A stretch of DNA of 64,000 nucleotides from Mobula hypostoma. Its lineage: Eukaryota. Shown here one piece after another: positions 1 to 12,094 of the stretch (positions are counted from its first letter, which is position 1; every line of letters starts with the position of its first letter). The stretch covers positions 15,192,001 through 15,256,000 of the forward strand of contig NC_086109.1 in the NCBI RefSeq assembly GCF_963921235.1, written 5' to 3'. A program made the translations under genes and the position numbers. The notes under the pieces were generated by a model. That model saw only the letters and a program-made list of their open reading frames with translations. It was not told the DNA's origin and did not search any database.

Positions 1-147
1 TTAATCACTTTTGAAACTATCTCGCGTCCTAATACCAAGGTCCTATATTGCTGTTGTTTTATCCGTAGATAGAAAATGGAGCTTGCAAGAACTCCATTTT
101 GTTGGGTTGTATCTTTGATTTCCATCTGATAGCTTTTGGATTTTTGC

Positions 148-312
148 CAAATGGCCTAATTCTGCTCCTCTGTCTTATGGTCTAATAAAGGTTATGGGGA
201 AAAGGCAGGAGATTGGGGCTGAGAAGGGAAATGGATCCGCCGTGATGAAATGTCAGAGCAGACTCAATAGGCCAAATGGCCTAATTCTGCTCCTATGTCT
301 TATGATCTTAAT
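148..312 (+). mobile_element. Two tandem CR1 (HER1-like) LINE 3' tails
   Basis: ccaaatggcctaattctgctcct(c/a)tgtcttatg occurs twice; same tail as the CR1 ending at 5507. Confidence 0.8.
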
Positions 313-314
313 AA

Positions 315-1264
315 GTCACCTGGACCAAATGGATGCTGAAAGAGGTAGATGAAGAAATTATGAAAATATTAATAGTGATCTTTCAAGAACTTTCTTCTGG
401 AATCATTCCGGAAGACTGGAAAATCATAACTGTCACTGTTGTTGCCAATTAACTGGACTCTTTAAAAACTTGCAATCATTCCACAATTACGTTTTATGTA
501 CTTGTGCACAAGGAGAACAACTTAGGTTCTGTCATCAAACTGTTCTAAAATTTGAACAAAGACTGATATTTTTACACAGCAATTCACTATTTGGATACAG
601 ATATCAACCAACTGAATGATCAAATTCCTTAATTTGCAAAGGCTATGATAATACAGGTATTAATAGCCAATAGAAACTCCACACCAAAGGCCAATAATAC
701 CTAAGAATTAGTAGAGTAACTGAACAATGATAGGTCTCACCCAGAATCCATCTTTTGCATCCTTGTCTCAGTATGTCAAATGGCTCCAGGCTGCTGCTGT
801 GCAAAGGGAAACTGGGTTCTTTAAAGACCTTTCTTTCCTGGGCTGACTGCACACTATCTATAAACTTTCCTTGCCTGTACACTACTTTAACCCTTGCCTT
901 GCTGCAACTTCCACACCGTCCAATCTTTAAGAAGGGAGGGAAGCAAAAGATAGGAAGTTAAGAGTTCATTATTAAGGATGAGGTTGCAGGGTACTTGGAG
1001 GCACATGATAAAATAGGCTGAATTCACTGTGGTTTCCTTAAGGGGAAATCTTGCTGGACAAATCTGTTGGAATTCTTTGAGGAAATAACAGGCGGGGTAG
1101 ACAAAGGTGATTCAGTTAATGTTGTTCACTTGGATTTTCAGAAGTCATTTGACAAGTTGCCACACATGAGGCTGCTAAACAAGACAGGAATCCATGACAT
1201 TAAAGGAAAGATATGAGCATGGACGGAAGACTGGCTGTCTGGCAGAAGACAGATTGGGAATAAA
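315..1264 (+). mobile_element. Older CR1 ORF2 fragment (left part), interrupted at 437-918 and at 1265
   Basis: Codes for decayed 'PEDWK', 'GFLKGKSCWTNLLEFFEE', 'LDFQKSFDKLPH'; parallels 3930-4440. Confidence 0.85.
437..915. mobile_element. ~480-bp insertion in CR1, possible solo LTR
   Basis: Splits CR1 tgtcac|tcca(a/c)tctttaag; ends are TGTTG...CCACA; no clean TSD. Confidence 0.35.
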
Positions 1265-1553
1265 TAGCTCTACGAAGAGGTATTTCTCGCAGGTTGGCAG
1301 CGATTATTTAAAAAGAGAGCTTCACAGGCATTTCTCCATTATACGGGGCCTATCAGCGGCGCCAACAGAGCTCTGCGAACTAAATAAAAGTACAGAAGGG
1401 ATAAGCGGAGCGGCCATTGTTGGGAGTAGGCCAGTGGCGAGAGTAGAAGTGACAGGTTTTGACTCAAGAGACTTTGGCTCGGAAGAGGCGTCGGCTCTGT
1501 GTAAAGCACCTGTTAAGGTTTCCTTTTTATCTCTCACTTACTGTACCATTTAA

Positions 1554-2456
1554 ATGGCTGTGGTATGTTCTTCATGCTAGATGTTGGAGAACTGCGAGAC
1601 CCAGAGTCTCCCGTGGAATGACATCTACATGAAGTGCATCTGGCTGCAGCTCCTTGAAGACCATGTTAAGGATCTGGAGCAGCAACTGGATGACCTTTGG
1701 CTTGTGCGAGAGAGTGAGGAGATAATTGATCAAAGTTACAGGGAAGTAGTCTCCCTGGAGTTGCAGGAGGCGAGTAGCTGAGTGACTGTCAGGAGAAATG
1801 GAAATAGGCAGTTAGAGCAGAGCATCCCTGTGGCCATTCCCCTCAAAAACAAGTATACCGCTTTGAATACATTTGTGGGGGATGACCTCATGGGAGAATG
1901 TCATGGGGACGGGGTTACAGGCACTGAGCGTGGTGAAGAAGGGAGCAGTAGTGTTAGGGTACTCAATAGAGAGGGGAACAGACAGGAGATTTGGTGGATG
2001 TGAATGGGATATCCAGATGGTATGTTGTCTCCCAGGTGCCAGGGTCAGCATCGTCTCAGATCACGTCCACAACATTTTGGAGAGGGATGGGGAGCAGCTG
2101 GATGTCTTGGTACATATTGGTACTGATGATATAGGAAGGAAAAGCAAAAAGGTCCTGAAAAGAGAACTCAGAGAGCTAGGTAGAAAGCTGAGAAGCAGGA
2201 TGTCCCGAGTAGTAATTTCTGGATTGCTGTCTGTGCCACACGCCGGTAAGGGTAGAAACAGGATGATTTGGCAGATACTGTAAATGCATGGCTGAGAAGC
2301 TGGTACTGGGGGCAGGGCTCCAGGTTCTTGGATCATTGGGATCTCTTCTGGGGGAGGTATGATCTGTTCAAAAGTGATGGGTTGCACCTGAATCCAAGGG
2401 GGACCAATATTCTCGCAGACAGGTTTGTTAGAGCTATTGGGGAGGGTTTAAACTAA
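1554..2456 (+). pseudogene. CR1 ORF1: Zn-finger/leucine zipper plus SGNH esterase, disrupted
   Basis: MAVVCSSC*..MKC..LLEDHVKDLEQQLDDL; VVLGYSIERG (GDS block), VHIGTDDI (GxND), SDGLHLN (DxxH); stops and frameshifts. Confidence 0.85.
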
Positions 2457-2619
2457 TTTGCCAGGGGTGAGGGGACTCAGGATAGGACAGATGGTAAAAA
2501 AGTAAAGATAGTGTGCATTCAGAACTGTCAGGAAGGGCAGGCAAGTGATGGGACCTAGTTGTAGCCAACAGGCTGAGTATCAAATCATTAGTGATGCAGA
2601 ATCAGAAAGGATAGCAAAC

Positions 2620-5390
2620 ATGGTACTCAAGGTGTTGTATCTAAATGCGCATGGTATAAGAAATAAGATGGATGTTCTTGTTGCACTATTACAGATTACC
2701 AAGTATGATGTTACGGCCATCACGTGGCCGAAGGATGGTTGTAGTTGGGAGCTGAATGTCCAAGGTTATACGTTATATTGGAGGGATAGGAAAGTAGGCA
2801 GATGGGGTGGTGTAGCTCTACTGGTAAAGAATGACATCAAATCATTAGGAAGATGTGACATAGGATCAGAAGATGTTGAATCCTTGTGGGTTGAGTTAAG
2901 AAACTGCAAGGGTAAAAAGACGTTGATGGCAGTTACATAACAGGTCTCCCAACAGTGGCTGGGAGGTGGATCACAGATTACAACAGGAGATAGAAAAGGC
3001 GAGTCAGAAGGGCAATATTATGGTAGTCATGGGAGATTTTAACATGCAGGTTGATTGGGAAAATCAGGTTGGTGATGGATCTCAAGAGAGCGAGTTTGTT
3101 GAATGCCTAAGAGATGGCCTTTTAGAGCAGTTTGTCGTTGAACCTATTTGGGGATCAGCTATATTGGATTGGGTGTTATGTAATGCACCGGAGGTGATTA
3201 GGGAGCTGAAGATAAAAAGAACCCTTAGGAATCAGTGATCACTATATGATTGAGTTCAACTTGAAATCTGATAGGGAGAAAGCAAAGTCTGATTTAGCAG
3301 TGTTTTAAGTGGAGTAAGGGAAATTACAGAGGTATGAGAGAGGAGTTGGCCAAAGTAAATTGGAAGGAGCTGCTGGCAGGGATGTCAGCAGAGCAGCATT
3401 GGCGAGCGTTTCTGGGGAAAAATGAGGAAGGTGCAGGACATATGTACAGTATTGCAAAAATGAAGAAATATTCAAATGGTAAAATAGTACAACCCTGGCT
3501 GACAAGGGAAGTCAAAGCTATTGTAAAAGCAAAAGAAAGGGCATACAACAAAGCAAAAATTTGTGGGAAGATAGAGAATTGGGAAGTTTTAAAAACCTAC
3601 AGAGAGCAACTAAAAAAAAACATTAAAGGGAAAAGATGAAATATGAAAGCAAGCTAGCAAATAATATCAAAGTGGATAGTAAGTTTTTTCAATATGTTAA
3701 AAATAAAAGAGAAATGAGAGTGGATATAGGACCGCTAGAAAATGAGGCAGGACAAATGATAACGGGACGAGGAGACGGCTGATGAACAAAATGAGTATCT
3801 TGCATCAGTCTTCACCGTGGAGGATACTAGCAGTATGCCTGATGTTGTCATGTGTGAAGGAAGAGAATTAGGTGCAATTACTATTACAAGAGTATTACAA
3901 AACTGAAAGACCTAAAAGTACATAAATCACCCGGACCAGATGAACTGCACCGTAGAGTTCTGAAAGAGGTAGCGCTAGAGATTGTGGTGGCATTAGAAAT
4001 GATCTTTCAAAAATCATTGGACTCTGGCATGGTGCTAGAGGACTGGAAAATTGCAAATGTCACTCCACTCTTTAAGAAAGGAGAAAGGCAGCAGATAGGA
4101 AATTACAGACCAGTTAGCCTGGCCTCAGTGATTGGAGAGATGTTAGAGTAAATTGTTAAGGATGAGGTGGTGGAGTACTTGGTGACACAGGACAAGACAT
4201 TACAAAGTCAGCATGGTTTCCTTCAGGGAAATCCTGCCTGACGAACCTGTTGGAATTCTTTGAGGAGATTACAAGTAGGATAGATAAAAGGGATGCAGTG
4301 GATGTTGTATATTTGGACTTTCAGAAGGCCTTTGACAAGGTGCCACACATGAGGCTGCTTACCAAGTTAAGAGCCCATGGTATTGCAGGAAAGTTACTAA
4401 CATGGTTAGAGCATCGGCTGATGGTTGGAGGCAGCGAGTGAGAAAATCCTTTTCTGGTTGGCTGCCAGTGACTAGTGCTATTCCACAGGGGTCGGTGTTG
4501 GGACCACTTCTTTTTATGCTGTGTATCAATGATTTAGATAATGGAATAGATGGCTTTGTTGCCAAGTTTGCAGACGATATGATGATTAGTGGAGGGGTAG
4601 GTAGTGTTGAGGAAACTGGTAGGATGCAGAAGGATTTAGACAGATTAAGAGAATGGGCAAGAAAGTGGCAAATGAAATACAATATTGGAAAATGCATGGT
4701 CATGCACTTTGGTAGTAGAAATAAATGTGTGGACTATTTTCTAAAAAGAGAGAAAATCCAAAAATCTGAGATGTAAAGGGACTTGGGAGTCCTTGTGCAG
4801 AACACTCTAAAAGTTAACTTGCAGGTCAAGTCGGTAGTGAGGAAGGCAAATGCCATGTTAGCATTGATTTCAAGAAGTCTGGAATACAGGAGCAAGGATG
4901 TGATGCTGAGGCTTTATAAGGCACTGGTGAGGCCTCATCTTGGGTATTGTGAACAGTTTTGGGCCCCTCATCTCAGAAAAGATGTACTGGAATTGGAGAG
5001 GGTCCAGAGGAAGTTCACAAGTATGATTCCAGGAATGAAATGGTTATCATACAACGAATATTTGATGGCTCTGGGTCTGTACTCGCTGGAATTCAGAAGG
5101 ATGAGGGGGGATCCCATTGAAACGTTTCGAATGTTGAAAGGCCTAGACCGAGTAGATGTGGAAAGGATGTTTCCCATGGTAGGAGAGTCTAGGACAAGAG
5201 GGCATAGCCTCAGGACAGAGGGGCACCCTTTCAAAACAGAGCTGGAGAGAAATTTCTTTCGCCAAAGGGTGGTGAATTAGTGGAATTTGATGCCACGTGC
5301 AGTTGTGGAGGCCAGTTCGTTGGGTGTGTTTAAGGCAGAGATTGATAGGTTCTTGATTGGACGTGGCATCAAAGGTTATGGGGAGAAGGC
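2620..5390 (+). pseudogene. CR1 ORF2: APE endonuclease plus reverse transcriptase, disrupted
   Basis: LYLNAHGIRNK, VMGDFN, LDWVLCN; LDFQKAFDKVPH, QGSVLGPLLF, FADD; split over several ORFs. Confidence 0.93.
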
Positions 5391-5507
5391 CAGGAACTGG
5401 GGTTGAGGAGGAGAAAGAAAAAAGGATCAGCCATGATTGAATGATGGCGCAGAGTCGATGGGCCAGATGGCCTAATTCTGCTCCTATGTCTTATAGTCTT
5501 ATGGTGT

Positions 5508-6465
5508 AATAAAGGGAGCTTTTTGTGGTTGGCTGCTGGTGACTAATGGTGTTTCACAGGGGTTGGTGTTGGGTTCACTACTTCTCAGGTTATGTGTCAG
5601 TGATTTGGATGACAGAGTTGATGGGTTTGTGGCCATATTTGCGGACGATACCGAGGTAAGAGGAGCAGGTAGTGTTGAGGAAACAGAGTATGCAGAAGGA
5701 CTTGGACAGATTAGGAGAATGGGCAAAGCTGAAGGTGGAACACAGCAGAAACAAGTACATTGCCGTAAACTTTGTAAGGAATAAAGGTGTTGACTATTTT
5801 CTAAACTGCAAACAAATTTAGAAATCAGAGGTGCAAAGGTGCTTGAGTCCCCATGCAGGATTCCTTAACGGTTAACCTGCAGGTTGAGTCAGTAGTAAGG
5901 GAAGCAAATGCAGTGTTATCATTCAGTTCAAGAGGATTGGAATATAAAAGCAAGAATGCAATGCTAAGGCTTTACAAGGCATTGGTCAGAGCATACTTGG
6001 AGTATTGAGAGCAGTTTTGGACCCCTGATCTAATAAAGGATGCGCTGACATTGAAGGGGGTTCAGCGGAGGTTTATGAGAATAATCCTGGAAATGAAAGA
6101 GTTGACAGATGTGTGTTGCTTGAATTTCCAGCATCTGCAGAATTCCTGTTGTTTTGTTGTTTGAGTTAATGGATGAGGAGCTTTTGTTGGCTTTGGGCCT
6201 GAACACACTGGAGCTTCGAAGGATGGGTTGGTGGGGGGGAACCTTATTGAAATCTACCGTATACTGAAAGGACTAAGTAGAATATATATGGAGAGGCTAT
6301 TTCTGTTAGTGGGAAATTGTAATAATGAAGGACACAACCTCAGAATAGAAGGATGTCTGTTTAGAACAGAAATGAGGAGCAATTTCTTTAGCCAAATGGT
6401 AGTGAATCTGTGGAATGTCAGAGTGCACTCAGTGGACCGACTGGTCTATTTCTGTTCCTACTTCT
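5508..6465 (+). mobile_element. Older CR1 ORF2 (right part, continues from 1264); ~50-bp Penelope 3'-end insert at 6112-6162
   Basis: QGLVLGSLL, FADD; resumes the sequence broken at 1264; insert flanked by a 10/13 direct repeat (6099-6111, 6163-6175). Confidence 0.85.
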
Positions 6466-7157
6466 AATGGTTAGATAGAGGACTTCAATTATCATTTATT
6501 TCTCAAATTCACAACTGCAGTGATTCTGGAGTTCGGAATGGAGTAAAGAAATAGGCCCAATTTATAATTTTGTGAATGATCATAACTGAGTTTTAAGTAT
6601 GATTCCAAGAATTGATGAACGCCTTGTCAGAAGTAGTATTGGGTTCCTGCTTAACTCTTTTTTCCATTCAGTCAGAGTTCACTTCAATTTGTTTTTAAAT
6701 GGTAATTGACTTTTGTTTTATTGTTCATGCTTCACTCGTCAATTCTTTATTAGTTTCACCCTCCACTATGTACCTCAACTCCACTCATGAATAGATGCCC
6801 ATCTAATCAGCGATTGAACAAAACTCAGTTCAAGTCAACCTTCCCACATATTCACCGCTCAATGAAGAAAACCTCAACAAGTTAGTGGTTTAGATGTGGA
6901 GTGATAGAATTGAATTTTTTTTGCAAAAAAGGCATATCCCGTGTTGCAGAACACAATGGCAAGAAAGAAAGGCTGGAACTGACTTCAAAGTTCAAAGTAA
7001 ATTTATTATCGAAGTACATGTATGTCACCATTTGTAACCTTGAGATTAATTTGTGTATGTAATATGTACTCGTAGATGTAAAAAAAAATTGAGTGTTAAT
7101 TGATTTGAAAATTAAGACAGTGCGTTTGTGGATAGAGGTGAAAGGAACTGCTAAATA

Positions 7158-7285
7158 GTCATAGAAAAGTATAGCACAGAAACTGGCCCTTTGGCCCATC
7201 TAGTTAGTGCTGAGCCATTTAAACTGCTGATTCCCATCGATCTGCCCTGGGACCATAGCCCTCCACATCCCTACAGTCCATGAAG
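7158..7285 (-). mobile_element. CR1 3' end fragment
   Basis: catagaaaagtatagcacagaaactggccctttggccc; same tail type as 48270. Confidence 0.65.
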
Positions 7286-7779
7286 AGGAAGTGGATCAAA
7301 TTAAGAAACTGGCATTGACTGGCTAGGCCAAATCTCCTCCTGTGATGTAACAATTCTAACATTCAAAGTTAGAGTAGCGCCTGAGAATATAAGAAATTTA
7401 AACAGCAGTAGACAACGTGACTTCTTGAGCTTTCTGCGTCATTCACTGAGATCCTGGCTGATCTTATCATTGTCTTACCTAATTTTCTGCATGTTCCCAC
7501 TAACATTGATTTAATTATAAACCATAACTTTTGAATGAAAAGTGAAATTTGCAGTCTGTACTTTAACTTGATGCAAATTGTTTGATGGCTCTGTTTCACT
7601 GGAGGTCAAAAATGACAGTGATTCAGCTTCCAAGAGTCACTGTGTGTCAAGGATGGTTAGGACCCAAATGCTTGAATATCTGAGGCAAGGATTGAGATAC
7701 GGTACCTGAACTGAGCTCTGAATAAAATTACATTCCTAGTTGAGTTTATGATTGAGCAATTCAAGTGTTCCTTAAATAC

Positions 7780-8290
7780 TGAGTTGAATTGACTTTACTT
7801 CGTACATCCTTCACATACATGAGGAGTAAAAATCTTTATGTTGTGTCTCCGTCTGAATGTGCAATGTACAAATTATAGTAATTTGTAATAAATTGTATGT
7901 ACAGTTAGATATACAACAGGACAGTCAATATAGCTTAGAAATACAATTGTGTCAGCATGAATTAATCAGTCTGATGGCCTGGTGGAAGAAGCTGTCCCGG
8001 AGCCTGTTGGTCCTGGCTTTTATTGCTGCGGTACAGCTTCCTGGATGGTTGCAGCTGGAATAGTTTCTGGTTAGAGTGACTCAGGTCCCAATGATCCTTC
8101 AGGCCCTTTAATGCACCTGTCCTTGTAAATGTCCTGAATCATGGGAGGTTCACAACTACAGATGCGCTGGGCTGTCTGCACCACTCTCTGCAGAGTCCTG
8201 TGATTGAGGGGAAGTACAGTTCCCATAGCAGGCAGTGATACAGCCAGTCAGGATGCTCTCAATTGTACCCCTGTAGGAAGTCCTTAGGAT
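7780..8290 (-). mobile_element. Rex1/Babar-type LINE 3' fragment
   Basis: Closely similar to 15945-16190, which translates as ESTLTGCITAWYGNC. Confidence 0.75.
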
Positions 8291-8584
8291 ATGGCAGCCA
8301 ATTAGAGGGACAGTCCTGAATTCATAAAGGGGCTGTGCCAGCTATCCATTCTCGGGAGCATCAGAATTCTGGGAGCTGGCATGGTTGGGTGTGTATCATA
8401 ACACACTGAGGTGGAGAAATATGTATTTAAAATATTATACTTCACTGAGAGAAGGAATTCTTCACATTAATACATACAAAATGTGGGAGGAACTCAGCAG
8501 ATGAGGCAGTAACTATAGAAAGGAATAAAAGTTGATAAAATGCCAGCATTTTGTGTGTGTTACCCTGCTGCTTATTCTTCGCAA

Positions 8585-9765
8585 TAGTCATACTTTATTG
8601 ATCCCAGGGGGAAACTGGTTTTCTTTACAGTTGCACCATAAATAATAAATAGTAATAGAACCATGAATAGTTAAATAGAAATATGTAAATTATGCCAGTA
8701 AATTATGAAATAAGTCCAGGACCAGCCTATCGGCACAGGGTGTCTGACCCTCCAAGGGAGGAGTTGTAAAATTTGATGGCCACAGGCAGGAATGACTTCC
8801 TATGACGCTCTGTGCTGCATCTTGGAGGAATGAGTCTCTGGCTGAATTGTCTCCTGTGCCCACCCGGTACATTATGTAGTGGATGGGAGACATTGACCTA
8901 GATGGCATGCAACTTAGACAACATCCTCTTCAGACACCACCGTGAGAGAGTCCAGTTCCATCCCCACAACATCACTGGCCTTTCGAATAAGTTGTTGATT
9001 CTGTTGGTTTCTGCTACCCTCAGCCTGCTGCCCCAGCACACAACAGCAAACGTGATAGCACTGGCCACCACAGACTCGTAGAACTTCCTCAGCATCGTCC
9101 GGCAGATGTTAAAGGACCTCAGTCTCCTCAGGAAATAGAGATGGCTCTGACCCATCTTGTAGACAGCCTCAGTATTCTTTGACCAGTCCAATTTATTGTC
9201 AATTCGTATCCCCAGGTATTTGTAATCCTCCACCATGTCCACACTGACCCCCTGGATGGAAACAGGGGTCACCGGCACCTTAGCTCTCCTCAGGTCTGCC
9301 ACCAGCTCCTTAGTCTTTTTCACATTAAGCTGCAGATAATTCTGCTCACACCATGTGACAAAATTTCCTACAGTAGCCCTGTACTCAACCTCATCTCCCT
9401 TGCTGATGCATCCAACTATGGCAGAGTCATCCGAAAACTTCTGAAGATGACAAGACTCTGTGCAGTAGTTGAAGTCTGAGGTGTAAATGGTGAAGAAAAA
9501 GGGAGAGAAGACAGTCTCCTGTGGAGCCCCAGTGCTGCTGATCACTCTGTCGGACACACAGTGTTGCAAGCACACGTACTGTGGTCTGCCAGTCAGGTAA
9601 TCAAGAATCCATGACACCAGGGAGCATCCACCTGCGTTGCTGTCAGCTTCTCCCCCAGCAGAGCAGGGCAGATGGTGTTGAACGCACTGGAGAAGTCAAA
9701 AAACATGACCCTCACAGTGCTCGCTGGCTTGTCCAGGTGGGCGTAGACTGGGTGAAGCCATGCAT
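8585..9765 (-). mobile_element. Rex1/Babar-clade LINE, 5'-truncated
   Basis: RT ORF plus 3' UTR ending in aataaagta. Confidence 0.88.
8898..9617 (-). pseudogene. Rex1-type reverse transcriptase fragment
   Basis: WILDYLTGRPQYV, GAPQETVFSP, FTIYTSD, LQKFSDDS, LNVKKTKELV, YKYLG. Confidence 0.9.
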
Positions 9766-9789
9766 GGACAACTAGACTCCAACCTAATC

Positions 9790-11200
9790 TTGTTTTCTTA
9801 TGTTCTTTCTACCAATTTTTTGCAGATTCATTTAACTTGTATCCTTGGCCATCTGCAGATTCTTTGTGTTCTCTTCACAATTTGTTTTTTCATGTAATCT
9901 CTGTAACTTCATACTCAGTCCTTACACCAAAAGAATTCTTATAGTTGAGGCCCCAGCACCGATGCCTGTGGCATCCCTCCAAGTCACAGCTTGCCAAACT
10001 GAAAATGGCTTATGTAGGAGTCATGCATCTGTTCTCTATCCACATTGTATTCTGTGTTGTGGGTTTATTATGGTACCTAGTCACATTGTCAAGGCGGATC
10101 GACCCGATGCAAGAGCGCAAATACCACGAACACGATAAAACAAGCAATACTTTAACAAAATTTATTCTTTATTCATAGCATGCTATGGGGGAAGTTACAC
10201 GCTGATCCCCCAAAGAGCCAGTTTGGACGCTACCCCCCACCCCCCAAATCACAATTCTTCACAATTTATAACATTGATCATCACGTAGGCAGGAAATCTT
10301 ATAATTACGCGAGTTAAGACAGATTTAGAATAGTTTCAATCATATGCTAATATACTATTAGATGTAAAATCATCATTGGTTAGTTATAATTATTTTCTGC
10401 CAAAGCTAGCCTGGATACAACATCAGTTCCTTATATTGACACTTTCCCCTTTCTCTCGAACATTCTGTCCCCTAAGCTATCCTTTCCATATTTAGTTATA
10501 CCTTGAGATGCTTTTGTATTTTCAGAGAACAATGTCCAGTACGTCACCTGTTGCTGGGTAGGGTTTCTTTCTGACCTGCCCAGCGACAGTATTGATCATT
10601 AGCTAATCATTGATCTTAGTCTATACCCATATTTACCTGTCCCTCTACTCTTATCAGCGTGAGAGGGGGCGTGGTAAAAGCGAAGGGAATAAGTTGCATA
10701 TTCTTGCTTTGTTCATCGCAGTTTGTACTGGAGGCTGGTGGATGTGTATCTTTTGCTGACTGCTCAATAATGCTTAGCTTACACTTGGGTATGCTTAAGT
10801 TACCTTGCTTCAAGATTGTCTGCTAGCTAACTGATAATGAAGGATCAAATAAAGGATTTGACTTTTGGAGCAATCATAATTGGCGTGAGGGTGAGTCATG
10901 CAAGTGTAACAAATCTGTAGGGTTGCCGGCAGTGGCAGGTGGCAGGTGGTTTGGGTTGGGCTTGGCGCTACAGCACATTTATCCTGACTCTGTTCTTTGT
11001 GAATGAGTTAATGCTGTATCCAGGAGTATATTACCCACTGTACCATTAGTTTTTAACTTCTGTAGTAACCTTTTATGTGGTACTCTACTGATGGTTTATC
11101 ATAAGCTCAAATACACTTCCAATCTATTCATTACATCCACAAATAACTCCAATAATTTTGTTGAATTTTTCCCAAACCAATTTTAAGCGAACATAACAGT
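9790..11200 (-). mobile_element. Highly decayed CR1 RT remnant, split by solo LTR
   Basis: ggccccagcaccgatgcctgtggcatccc is the reverse complement of the QGSVLGP region; further CR1-like sequence near 11060-11130. Confidence 0.55.
10087..10972 (-). mobile_element. Solo LTR (~886 bp)
   Basis: TGT...ACA ends; flanks tcacat/gcacat; on the minus strand CCAAT (10375-10379), TATAAA (10265-10270), two AATAAA (10161-10173) in LTR order. Confidence 0.7.
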
Positions 11201-11489
11201 ATCATCTATTCCAGTAAATTTCTGCCTCGCTGTTTTCATCGGTAGCTGCAACATTTTGAGGGCAAATCAGCACCAACTTGAACTTGGAGAATTTCTGCAC
11301 AGAGGTGGTTGTATTTTTATATATCACACGAGGCCATTTTGCCACAATGCTGCCTTTTCACGCCCCACATAAAACTGTTCTTACTCTGGAATAAGTATGA
11401 TGCAAAATGTGAAACTATGGCCTTAATTTTGACTTGGTGACTTATGCAATGTGGGCAAGTTCCCTGTGAATTATTAGATCTTCACCTCA

Positions 11490-11720
11490 TCGGTGCAGTA
11501 GTGAGTGGTTCACGTAACATTTTCAGAGCCAGCTGTAAGATTGGAGTTTAGTTCCCACTGCTGTCAATAAGCACTTCGTACATTCTCCCCTTGACACTAT
11601 GGGTTTCCTTTGGATATTCTGGTTTCCTCCCACGTGCCAAAGACATACAAATTGGGATTAGTGTGTTGTGGGCTTGTTAAATTGGTGCCGGAAATGTGGT
11701 GATACTTGCAGGCAAAACCA
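11490..11720 (+). mobile_element. tRNA-derived V-domain SINE (HE1-like)
   Basis: ttctcccc..gggtttcc..ctggtttcctcccac V-domain core. Confidence 0.7.
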
Positions 11721-12094
11721 ATAATGGACTATGGTTTCTTGTGTTCCCACACGAGTGTGCTAACTAGCACTGCAGCAGAGTGCCTCGGACTATTTCAAAT
11801 GTGGGACCCCCCCCCCCCACTGTAAACTCCAGTTGCAACTGCACAAATTTTGCCCATTTTTAGGAAGATAAATTTGTTGCTTGGAAGTCGCACTTGAGGA
11901 CAGACCATAAGACAAAGGAGCAGAAGTAGGCCATTCGGCCCATCGAGTCGAGATGATTACAGGTTGTAATCATCGGAAATCGTGGAGCTCAATGACATTC
12001 ATATGATGGTCTGGAAGGGGAGTGGCTTAGAGAAGGGAAAAATAATCAGGCTAGCACTTTTGCTTAGGGTCAGCATTGAAGAACTGGGGTTCTG

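Larger units (their letters stand above)
1265..5507 (+). mobile_element. Full-length decayed CR1-clade LINE (5'UTR, ORF1, ORF2, 3' tail)
   Basis: CpG-containing 5'UTR, ORF1 and ORF2 motifs, tcttat(a/g)g tail; flanked by aataaa at 1259-1264 and 5508-5513. Confidence 0.93.
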
